The notes beneath the pieces are model-generated. The model was not told the origin of the DNA. It made no database searches and worked only from the letters and a program-made list of their open reading frames with translations. The position numbers and the translations under genes are program-made. From assembly GCA_976551045.1 (NCBI GenBank), contig CDPCPM010000037.1, forward strand, positions 20,088,001 through 20,152,000: a stretch of 64,000 nucleotides of DNA, in the 5' to 3' direction. Source of the DNA: Glaucostegus cemiculus. Lineage: Eukaryota. Positions 38,004-48,888 of the stretch are shown here, one piece after another (positions within the stretch are counted from its first letter, which is position 1; every line of letters starts with the position of its first letter).

Positions 38004-39276
38004 TTTGTGAAGGGAAGATCTTGCCTCACGAGCCTGATAGAATTCTTTGAGGAGGTGACGAGGAAGCTTGATGAGGGCAGTGCGGTGGATGTAGTCTATA
38101 TGGATTTTAGTAAGGCGTTCGATAAGGTTCCTCATGGCAGGCTTCTTCAGAAGGTCAGAGGTCAAGGCATCCAGGGGAGGTTGGCTGTGTGGATCAGGAA
38201 TTGGCTTTCCTGTAGAAAGCAGAGGGTTGTGGTGGAGGGAGTGCCCTCGGATTGGAGGGCTGTGACTAGTGGTGTCCCGCAGGGATCGGTTCTGGGGCCT
38301 CTACTCTTTGTTATATTTATAGATGACTTAAATGAAGGAGTGGAAGGATGGGTTGGGTAAGTTTGCAGATGACACCAAGATCGGTGGTGTGGTAGATAGT
38401 GTGGAGGACTGTAGGAGCTTACAGAGGGATATTGATAGGATGCAGAGCTGGGCGGACAGGTGGCAGATGGAGTTTAATCCGGACAAGTGTGAAGTGGTGC
38501 ACTTTGGGAGGAAGAACTCCAGGGCAGAGTATGAGGTAAATGGCAAGGTACTTGGCAGTGTAGAGGAGCTGAGGGATCTGGGGGTTCATATCCACAGTTC
38601 ACTCAAAGTTGCCTCGCAGGTGGATAGGGCAGTTAAGAAGGCTTATGGGATGTTAGCTTTTATAAATCGAGGGATTGAGTTCAAGAGCAGAGAGGCGATG
38701 ATGCTGCTTTACAAAACTCTAGTTAGGCCGCACTTAGAATATTGTATTCAGTTCTGGTCGCCGCATTATAGGAAGGATGTGGAGGAGTTGGAGAGGGTAC
38801 AGAGGCGATTTACCAGGATGATGCCTGGATTAAAGGGTATGGAATATGAGGAGAGGCTTAAGGTGCTAGGGCTCTACTCGTTGGAGAGGAGGAGGATGAG
38901 AGGGGACTTGATAGAGGTGTATAAGATATTGAGAGGAATAGATAGAGTTGACAGCCAGCGCCTCTTTCCCAGAGCGCAGATGCACAAGACGAGAGGGCAT
39001 GGCTATAAGATATTGGGTGGAAAGTTTAGGGGAGATGTCAGAGGGAAGCTTTTCACCCAGAGAGTGGTTGGTGCATGGAATGCGCTGCCTGGGGTGGTAG
39101 TAGAGGCAGATATGATGGACAGGTTCAAGAGATTGTTAGATAGGCACATGGAAGAATGTGGAATAGTAGGATATGTGGGAGGAAAGAGTTAGGTTGTGAG
39201 ATGTTTGAAGGATGGTACAACTTGGTGGGCCGAAGGGCCTATTTTGTGCTGTATTGTTCTATGGTTCTATGGTTCT
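38004..39276 (+). mobile_element. Young 5'-truncated CR1 LINE carrying most of the RT domain, with a single +1 frameshift
   Basis: [46 protein letters not shown]; ORFs 38007-38360 and 38332-39192 join if one G is removed from ttggg near 38355; (GTTCTATG)n tail; candidate TSD AGAAC at 37999-38003 and 39277-39281. Confidence 0.97.
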
Positions 39277-41714
39277 AGAACAACCTATTTAAAATAGTGA
39301 ACTCTGCTTTTAGTTTGATGTATATGCCAGATGACATTGCTCTCAATTTCCGCTTGCATTTCCACCATTCTGTTAAAATCTCACACTTGTATAATTTCAT
39401 ATTAACCAGATATAACTCAAGTTTCTTTTGCTAGATAACTTCAACTGGTATAGTGGCAGAAAATTAGGAAGGTGAATCTCAGGTCACTCTACAAGTACTA
39501 TTTGGATTCTCTCCTCATCTCACCTCAGGAGGTAACTGGCTGGAAATTACGAACTATATTGAAAAGCACATTAAGCAGAGATCATACAGTGAATTAGTGG
39601 ACATCATGTAAGCAGATCAGTAGCTTAGAGTTTGGGCTAGGTGGCAAATTGGTGGTTAGAGAGTGGATTGGGTAGGAGAGGGGCGTGGGAGCTCCAGAGT
39701 GTTCATCAGGGAGCTGGGTAGGTTTCTTAAAAAGAGGATAGCTGAAGTAGGTTCCCAGCACTGGTCTGCTGAGACTTACTTAGATAGCACCAGATTGTCA
39801 AACTAACCATTCATCACATTTCTTAAGCCTTAAAAGGCAAACCCTGATTCATTCCAGCAAAGCCTTCTCATTTTGGCCAAAAATTTGGTCTGGAGCTTAT
39901 CTACATGCAAAAACTAGCCATGGCACAACAATCAAGCTGGACAGTGCCTTAAGAGCTGAGAGTGGCAGAGATGACATCCAGTAAATGGTTGAGTATAACA
40001 AAATAACTTTTGCATATGAAAGTTATATAGTGCTACTTTAAGGCTAGCAGATGATCCTACTCCAATGAAGCCATGTACCCTCTTTCTCAATCTTTGGACA
40101 CTTGGTCTAGTCTGCAGCCTCTGTGCATTAACTTAAATTGATAATTGATTTTAACCCACTTCTGAATCACAGCATAATCTGAAATGACATCAAAAGCATC
40201 CTTTTTTTTCATTATAGGCTAAATTTAAATAACTTAAAAATACTTTTTGCATAATGTTATTTCTTGGGATAATTTAAATTATGCTTCTTAAATAACTGGG
40301 CTAAGTGAGAATACTAAAGGGAGGGAGTTCATTTCTTAATAAAACAAAGTCACTTGTAACAAAAAACAATGGCAAAAGTAGGTACTGTAGAATTAGATCT
40401 GTGGCCAATATATGAATAATAGTGGCACTAGCAAGCTGACAGACATAATAACCATGCCTTCACGTGGATTTTAAGCTGCCATCCTTCATGCTGTGAAAGA
40501 GATGATTTACTCATCAAAATACTATTTGTAACATTCCTAAGTATTTTAGTTCACCACCATAACAGGACTCAAAACTGCACAACCAAATGCATCCAGCTTT
40601 ACTATGCATATTAAAACTTAAACTAAAGAAAAATCAACAGGTTTTCAATTAATCCATGGGCTACAAACTTTGCTGTAGATTAACAAAATTTGATGAATAT
40701 GGGTCAGTGCAATACACCTATTAATCACTTGTGTTGGTGCAGTCCAGGTCACTGCTGGTGAGAAAAGTCCATCCCACAGGAACACAAAAGCTCCAAAGAG
40801 TTCAGTGTTGCAACTTGGGACTGACAGCATTGATGTAGAGCAAATTAGAAGGAGGTGTGCATCCGTTGTGACACTAAACACCTTTTATTGCCATAACTGT
40901 CAGCAGCAGGTTGGATAATTGGCACTTTGATTTTCTCTTCCTGATGTCATCTCAGCACAGGTGATTTGTGAGAAACTGCCACGTTTTTGGATAAATTAAA
41001 CTAATATTTTACAGGCCAATGAAGAGTTTCTTGGCAGATTAGTGGCCAGAGACGGAGCAAGTCAGCAGATTGGTGTTAGTGAGGAGGCAGAGCAGGAGTC
41101 CATAGGAGATCTTACTCAGAGCAGACCTATCCGAGGTACTTTCCCAGTAAAGGGTTCCCTAGGGCATGACTTGCTCAGGCTGGTACTCTTTAATAACACT
41201 GAAGCATGTCTTACAAATGTAACGAAGACCTGCTTCTGCACGAGCTGCCTGTGGACAATATAAGCCACACGTGTGTCTATTAAAATCCTAGAATTGGGTA
41301 TACAAATGTGAGCTTCCACTATCTGATGCCATTAATTACGTCTAACCTAGGGTCTAGGAGGAAGCTTTGCTGGCTGCAAAGTGATTCTTTTAATATAAAG
41401 CTCTGACATCAAGAGACAAAAGGTATTAAAACTGAGTACGTTATTTACAAAACTTAAAATGTTTAAAATAAAATAAAACTATATCAACTAAAGAAATTAC
41501 AGGAAAACAAAATAATCAACAGTAACTTACCTTTCTCTTTGATTCCCAATCCAAAAATAGATGGAGTCTCAGATCTGAGAAGTAATTCCCCAGTGTAATG
41601 CTAGAGAATCTCAGCAAGACTGAGCTTATGGAGTCCAGTAGCAGACAGAACTGACAGGTTTGACATTCTGAATCTGTCAGAAAGTCCAGCACTACTGTGT
41701 TCACTTACATTTTA

Positions 41715-42064
41715 AGATGCGGTAACAGGCCATTTGGTTCATCGAGTTCACGCTGGCTCCCAGAGTAATCCCATTAGTCCAAGTACCTCTCTCTTTTCCC
41801 CATAATCTTTTCTATTTTACATACCCATCAATTCCCCTTTGATTGCTTAACAACTACCTATACTAGAGATCACTTACAGTAGACGATTAACAAACTAGCA
41901 TGTCTTTGAAACACAGGAGGAAACCAGAGGGTGTAGGGAAAACTCCCTCGATCACAGGGAAAACATGCAAACTCCATGCAGACAGTACCAGAGGTCAGGA
42001 TCAAACCCGAGCTGCTGGAGCTGTGAGGAAGCAGCAACACTACCTGCTGCACTGCTGTGCCACA
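41715..42064 (-). mobile_element. Near full-length V-SINE (HE1-like)
   Basis: Minus-strand head gtggcacagcagtgcagcaggtagtgttgctgc, B box GGTTTGATCC near 42000, V-domain gtatggagtttgcatgttttccctgtga-like tract, CR1-like tail. Confidence 0.8.
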
Positions 42065-42351
42065 GAGCACATATTCAGAGGCCCCAGGCTCACTGTCATT
42101 TAACTGTTGGGAACCACCTGAATTAGCCAGCAATATCTGGCACATTAAATCTATTGCAGTGATGTCTTTTTCATGAAGGGAGAGCCCAATGGGATTCTAA
42201 TTCAATGTGTCTCTGCTGACCTTCAGCACCATAACCACCAGCAGCAAGATAGATAATCCAACCCTGTAATTTCCATCTTGCAGATTCACCTCAACACTGA
42301 TGATTGGCTAGAAAATGAACAGTACCTTTTTCATTTGATGACACTGGCATC

Positions 42352-42480
42352 CAAGTCAAGTTGAGTTTATTGTCATAGGCACACGTACAGTGAGGTACAG
42401 GTACAATGAAAAACTCACTTGCTCGTAGGCTCAGACAGCACACGGAACATCAATTATACAAGCTAATATGAATCACACAT
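42352..42480 (-). mobile_element. Rex1/Babar-type LINE 3' tail
   Basis: caagtcaagttgagtttattgtcat...caggtacaatgaaaaact is the reverse complement of a tail like 60520-60578 and 26946-27012. Confidence 0.6.
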
Positions 42481-42789
42481 TTTCATATTGCTTTATGGTA
42501 TGGAAATGTCCAAAGGGGTATTATTTGATAGGCTGAGTGTCAAACATATTTACAAACACACACAGCAGCCAATGATAATGAAGGAAAAGTTCTAAATTCA
42601 TGGCAACAATTACAGAGCCTTAGACATTATTTTAGGGAGACCAGCAGTTATAAGTAGCGATATAACTGCCCCAAAGTTTTATACCACTGGCTCTTTCTGA
42701 CCAATACCAACATTATCTGCAATATAAGCCAAGACATCGCCCACAGGTGTATTAAGTACATCATCCATATATTAATCTATAAACGCCAA

Positions 42790-42860
42790 TAAAAGCAGAA
42801 ACTGCTAGAAATGCTCAGCAGGACAAGCAGCATTTGTGGAGAGGAATGTGGACAGAAATG
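42790..42860 (-). repeat. Penelope-type short repeat fragment
   Basis: gcagaaactgctagaaatgctcagcaggacaagcagcatttgtggagag matches the family arm. Confidence 0.55.
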
Positions 42861-42924
42861 CACAGAATACTCTATGTGCAGCCTAACTGGTGTTTTGTAA
42901 TGTTTCAGGGTAATAAAAATCAGC

Positions 42925-43280
42925 CTGCATTAGTCCAGCGGTAACTATGAAATCTCTGGACTGTTATAACAACCCATCTGGTTTACTTTTGTCATTCAGG
43001 CAACATGAAAAGCACAAGGAGAGATAGGCCAGTCTCTTATATTTCTCTTTGGCCATTCAATATTATATTTGATCTTCATCTTCAACGTTACGTTCTTGTA
43101 CTAACTCCACATGACTTAATGAAATATCCAAAAAATTGCCATCCTTGCCTGGTGTGCACTTGACACCGAAGTGCCTCTGAAATGAGCCCATTTACCTCTA
43201 GCTTTGGAGCAAATAGGGTTGAGCAATAAATGCTGGCCTTGTCATCTCACCCACATCCCATGAATGACTAAGTTAAAAAA
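42925..43280 (+). mobile_element. Old SINE-like element interrupted by an antisense CR1 tail (about 43003-43130)
   Basis: aacaacccatctggtttacttttgtcattcagg continues after the insert as ttgccatccttgcctgg...gagcaataaatgctggccttg...cccacatcccatgaatga, a recalled shark SINE/LINE 3' tail. Confidence 0.5.
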
Positions 43281-46200
43281 CATTACAATCCATGTGTGTT
43301 ATGCATAACATCATTATGGATATAGTAGCAATTGCTATGACAGAATCATGATTAATTATTTGTGTTCCATGGTAACTCATGATGGCTTCTTTTTCTATCT
43401 GTGCCACTCTCACTTTAAAAAAGAAAGTAATACCATCACCAAGGCTACCCTAAATAATAACTCCTTTTAGACAAAGGTTTCAAGTAGAAAAAGAGCAAAA
43501 AGTACAAGAAATTTGCACTTTGGTCTTGGTTGTGGAAGGATAGGGACACAATAGTGAGTCTAGATAGTCAATGTACAATGAGCAGTTTACTGCTAGCTCA
43601 ATGTATCTTCCACAGATGGTGTTGGACAGCTTCCAACATCTTGCTCAGCAACTAACACTACAATAAGTGATTCCACTGGGGGAAACTGCAATTTGTCTTG
43701 TTATGACCTTTACTGGACATGAAAGACTGAACAACAGTTCCATGGATTGGATTTCAAAGAAGTATCCTTATCAGTGGTTACATATCACTTATTAAAATTC
43801 CTTCAAAATACTTCAAATAAAAAATACACAAAAAACTTTGGTAAATTATCACATAGTTCCTGGGGAGAAAATTCTATTTTAATTTGGTCTCAGTTAAATG
43901 CACACAAGTTTGATAGACTTCTTCATTTAATTAAGACATTGTGCTTAATCTGAAAAAGATGGCTCTGTTGTTATCTCTTCACACCACCACTAAACCACAT
44001 AAGTTTTTCATCATTCTTATGATTAATAATCGTTTTGTTCACTTTGCTCATTAGCAATATTTTCTACTGAATTCTGTACAGCATTTAAACATTATCACTT
44101 ACTATTCATCATATTTCTTTATTGATTGTTTTGTGACATATAATGTTGAGAGGAAAATATCTAAAGATATTAAAATGATAATGAATGGATTAAAGTATTT
44201 TGTAAACATGATTATTATAACCAGCTATTGCATCTAACTGATAATGAAATCTACATATTTGTAAAATTGCATGATGGATATATTACAGGGCTCAGACAAT
44301 CATTTGGGTTAAAACAGTATTCAGAGTGATGTTATATGGTTATAAAGTATACAGGTTTTACGGAAATGTTCGGCCACAGAATAAGGATAAATTTAACAGC
44401 TGTTTTTATGCAGAAACCTATGCTTTTTAATCTATAGCTCTATGATGCACATGCCCTTCCTGTAATTAAATGTTCAGTAAGTACAGAACCTTTATGATCA
44501 CAACTTAGCAGGGTGAGATTTTAAATCATGGTTGGGATAATGAAAGAGATATACAAGGATGAAAAAAAAATCCTACAGTGATGAAAGGCTTTACGTGTCC
44601 TTTCTGTATATTTTGGTTTGGTCAAAGACCATTGTGCTTGACATGCAAAATGGTCAGAGCTATGTTTTAGCAGACTGAAATTCCATTTCTGAAACAGCTG
44701 GTCAAAATGTCATATCTTATCCTCCAAATCTGCTTGTTTGAAACTAACTCTGTGTATACTCAGATTTTTTTAAACAGCAGATTCAGTCATAATGCAGGAG
44801 GCAGCTGACTCCTCATCATATTTCAATACTTATTGTTTGGTTGAAATGTAATATTAATGGGAAAATACCCAGTGATCTAGTTCATACCAAATCCTAATAT
44901 ATACTTGCGACACTGCCTGATGGATATGTCTCCTAATTCCAACGTTCATTTCAAATATACCTGTGGGGAGCAGTTCCACAAAATTACACAAACTGCAAGG
45001 AACAATTCTGGGTACTCTTTCATCCTTTGTAACCTACTGTTCTAAAAGTGCTGGCAGAAAAACTTTTGAAGGCAAATTTTAAAGCTTTTCTTTTTGTTCT
45101 TCTTTTGCAGATTGGCAAACACATATTTTCAAGCCACATGAAAAAGCTCTGTCAAAAGGTGCTTTTATCCCAGTTCTGGACCCAGGCCTCTGCACCTCTC
45201 CACTTTCCTATTCCTAATGTTGCTACTTACAAATAGGAAACTAAATCATTTTGCAATTTCCTGAAAATTGTAATCAATGAATGAGAATTCCAATAGGTAG
45301 AGTACATTATTTATAGGACATATTGGCTTATATAGTGCTGGGTTTTGCCAGTGGCTCTATATAGAATTACTGACATTCCTCAGCCTTAGTGAAAGTAAGT
45401 TTCAAAACTGGAATCCAATGGTGAAGCTTGAGCTTGCTGAAATTTCCCAGCACTTATGCTCAGGAATTTGCACTCTAATCCTGAACAAGTTAGCCCTGGT
45501 GCAGGATTTACAAGCCCATTCATTTTACAGAAGGGTTGTGGGGCTGAGGAGGAGAAAGGCAAGAATGTGTTAAATTATTTTAATTATATCTATTTGGTTT
45601 AATGTTTAATATTTAATGTTTTTAATTATAACTATTTTGTATTTTTTTAAATTGATCCTACATAAAACATCTTGATGGATATAAGAGATGGTAACATGGG
45701 AGAAAGGCTTTCCTATCCATCAAAAATTTCCAGAAGGATTTCAGGGCATTTAATTACACCATCTGAGACTCTGCCAAAGCTCAGGCTTTATTGCTAAGTT
45801 CCAAGGTCATCTAGGTCAGTGAGCTCAGCCTTCTGGATCTGGAGCAGCTAAATTCAGGGGAATAGGGAGCTTATATGGCAAGTACAGGTGGTGCACACCA
45901 CTCAGGAAGATCCAGGCCAGTGTTCCTTGTCTGAAGTGTAGATGCCCTGCACAGTGTAAATCATAATCTAGTCTACAGTTTCTACCATTTTAATCATATA
46001 ATTTTCTTCATCATCCCTTATGAATGATATGTTGCCAACTAGTGGCAACAGGGAACAAAGTGGAAATACCATCTACAGTTGTATTTGGTGGAGATGCTTT
46101 ATCTAGGCAGGGCTATGTTACATGAATAAGACCACTTAAAATCTTACAATTTTAACTGGGCTTTGTGATTCTTAACAATTCATCTTTCAAAAGATCCAAT

Positions 46201-47610
46201 ACTTGTAAACTAAGTGTTCAAGATTAAAATAAAGAGAATGAATAAGGAATGGTAATTTCTCAGTGCTGGGATTATTCAATGACAATGGCCGGAACTGTGC
46301 AGACAGATATCCAGTCATTGTGAAGAAGACTGCCAGCTATCAAATATTCACAGCTCAGCACGTCTTGAATACTTTCACATGCAGAGTGGAAGGCTGAAGT
46401 CCAAGATAAACTGGAAGTCAAACTCCAGTGCTTCTAGCTATCCACTATGTTACTGGATTCACCATCGAGTCCAGTGGAAGAGCATTACTGAGCCAAGTAG
46501 AAGGGCTAGATATACTTCACATACAGTCCTTAGCTTTGGAAAGATGTGAAGTTCAGCAAATGTTTGATGTTTTAATTCTTTGTTTTTGTTTGTTTTAAAT
46601 TTTTACTTATGTAAATCAATATCAGTAGTTTTTGAATGTCTCCATCGGTGGGTGGAGACTCAGGACTGAACGAATGAGGCCTACCAGGCACCTGGATCCT
46701 GCTCCACCTCACTAGTCATCTGTTGGGTGTGGAGAGTTAGCTCAGTGGTATTCTACACCCAGAGAAGGTGTAAATGGGTGAGAACCATGGGTGGTGCATC
46801 TGGGAAGTCTGCTGGGTGCAGGATAGTCAGGCCCAATTTTAGTCTTTGAAGACAATGACAAGGATAAAGACAAGGATAGCATAGTGTTAATAGAAGCATC
46901 TTGAAATGATGTGCAAGTTTACAAAATTGCTAGTTGTGTGGGAGAGTTGTATGTGGGTCACATTATATAACATACATTTCTTCAGAATAAAGTGATCATC
47001 TGACAGTAAAAGGAAATTTCTTTAAAAAAAATATTCATTGCAATGACAAAAGACCTTTGTGTTCTGGGCCTTGTAGTAACTATGCAGTCACAAAAATGTA
47101 TCTGTAACAAATTCACTGATAAGGTTTTTTACTTTGTAAAATGTAATATCCAACTTTTCTTTCCCTCCTCCTTGTACAAGTTTCTATCTGGAATGCATTG
47201 AAATCTTAACTGCTGTGGAAAGAAGAGAAAAATCATTGATGTTTGCTTACTGGTTTTCATTTATCGGGGTTTGATAGCTGCTGCTAGATCATTCGGTAAT
47301 TAAAATTTAATATTTTTTAGAAGTACTAAGAAGATTGAATTATTTAATTAATGATTCAGTGGTCCAGATATTAATGAGAGCAAGACCACATTTTAAAGTG
47401 TTGCATTGTGGGGGCCTTAGCCAATTTGACACAGCAGCATTAGTGCACAATTTTAGTGGGTGTATTTTGTGCAATACTGATGGACTAAGGAGGACCTTAA
47501 GTGGACCAATACTGGTCACCTTTAGTGCACATCAAACGCGATTAACTTCAGAAGTTCCGTGCACATGCTGAAACTAACCAAATGATGTTATACTGGCACC
47601 TCTTAAAAAG

Positions 47611-47972
47611 CATAATCAAAGACCCCACCCACCCAGGACATTCTCTCTTCTTCCATCGGGGAGAAGATACAGGAGCATGAAGGAACACGACACCAGACTT
47701 AAGGACAGCTTCTACCCCACTGTGATAAGACTTTATACAATGAGATGGACTATGACCTCATGATCTACCTTGTTGTGACCTTGCACCTTATTGAACTGCA
47801 CTTTCTCTGTAGCTGTGACACTTTACTCTGTACTGTTAATGTTTTTACCCGTACTACATCAATGCACTCTGTATTCACTCACTGTAACTGCATTGTGTAA
47901 TGAATTGGCCTGTATGATCGGTTTGTAAGACAAGTTTTTCACTGTACAAGTGACAATAGTCAACCGATACCA
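47611..47972 (+). mobile_element. Rex1/Babar-type LINE 3' end
   Basis: IIKDPTHPGHSLF..PSGRRYRS...TTRLKDSFYP matches the Rex1 ORF C-terminus (compare 60220-60340), followed by a 3' UTR ending gtgacaatagtcaaccgatacc. Confidence 0.85.
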
Positions 47973-48039
47973 AGGGCAGAAGGGTAGTGACTCCAACCTT
48001 TGCAGAAAGTCACAAGTAGCTTGGAGAACATTCAGAGCA

Positions 48040-48565
48040 GCACGGACCCAGGAATTTCACTGATAACAGGAAGAAGTGGACATTTGGAGAGGGATCCTAC
48101 CTGCTAGAAGGCCTTGGAAACCATCCAGGCCCAAAATGAACCAATGTTAAGAGGAGGAGAACGGAGGGATCCAAGTTTGCAGTGGTGTCCTGGGGGCCTG
48201 GTCTCAGTGCAAGAAGTTTCATAATTTCACACAAGTTGTCAAAATTAGGGGAAAGAGCAACACATTCCATTTATCAACAACTGTTCTGCCACAGTACCAC
48301 ACTCACCACTATGTTAATAGTAGCACAGGTGTCACGTTACTTGCACTTCCATCTGTTCAACTACAGCAGGTATATCATACACACACAACAAACTCACTAA
48401 CATGTTTTTCACTCTTTTGTTGAAGGTTGTCTGCAACTGCAGTTTCCAGAAGTAGACTAGAGAAGGAGCCTAAAGTGCCCAGAGTCCTAGTCATTTGGAG
48501 GAGAGAAAGCTGGTGATCATGGACTCAGTCAGCACAGAGCCAATGACCAGTGTGGATTGGAAGTC
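48040..48565 (+). pseudogene. Decayed Harbinger-type Myb/SANT-like (ORF2) protein in two blocks
   Basis: EEVDIWRGILP...NQC*EEE...AWSQCKKFHNFTQVVK (about 48070-48243) resembles W.QCRKKFNDL; after an intron-sized gap, KVVCNCSFQK*TREGA...SHLEERKLVIM (from 48423) resembles K.AHN...TGGG...L..LEE.VL.I. Confidence 0.55.
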
Positions 48566-48747
48566 ATAGTGCAGGACAATGGTGTACTCATATGCCCCTC
48601 CTCATGTTGCCCACTGTTATAAGACTACTGAATGATCCCCTAGTACAATTAGATGGGCTCTTGACCTCACAATCTAACACGTTACGGTCTTGCACATTAT
48701 CATCTGCCTGCATGGCACTTCCTCTATAACTGTGACACTTTATTCTG

Positions 48748-48888
48748 TGACATAAAGAAAATTCTGCAGATGCTGGAATACACAAAAAGTGCTGGAGGAT
48801 CTCACCAGGTCAGGTAGCATCCATGGAGGGAAGAAAACCAAAAAAAAAAGTTGACTTTTCAGGTCGAGACTCTTCATCAGGACTGGAA
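48748..48888 (-). mobile_element. Penelope-type short element inserted with a candidate 6-bp TSD (ATTCTG)
   Basis: ATTCTG at 48742-48747 and 48889-48894; the host UTR reads through when the insert is removed. Confidence 0.7.
48850..48886 (-). ncRNA. Minimal type-I hammerhead ribozyme motif (best-preserved copy, probably impaired)
   Basis: Minus strand CCAGUC-CUGAUGA-AGAGUCUCGACCU-GAA-AAGU-C-AAC: both catalytic boxes (CUGAUGA, GAAA) and a GUC triplet are present; helices I-III carry substitutions. Confidence 0.55.

Noticed and set aside
41567-41580. 14-bp perfect palindrome TCTCAGATCTGAGA
   Set aside because: Several palindromes of this length are expected by chance in 64 kb
46031-46049. GTTGCCAACTAGTGGCAAC as an RFX site
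   Set aside because: Half-site spacing is longer than the X-box consensus allows
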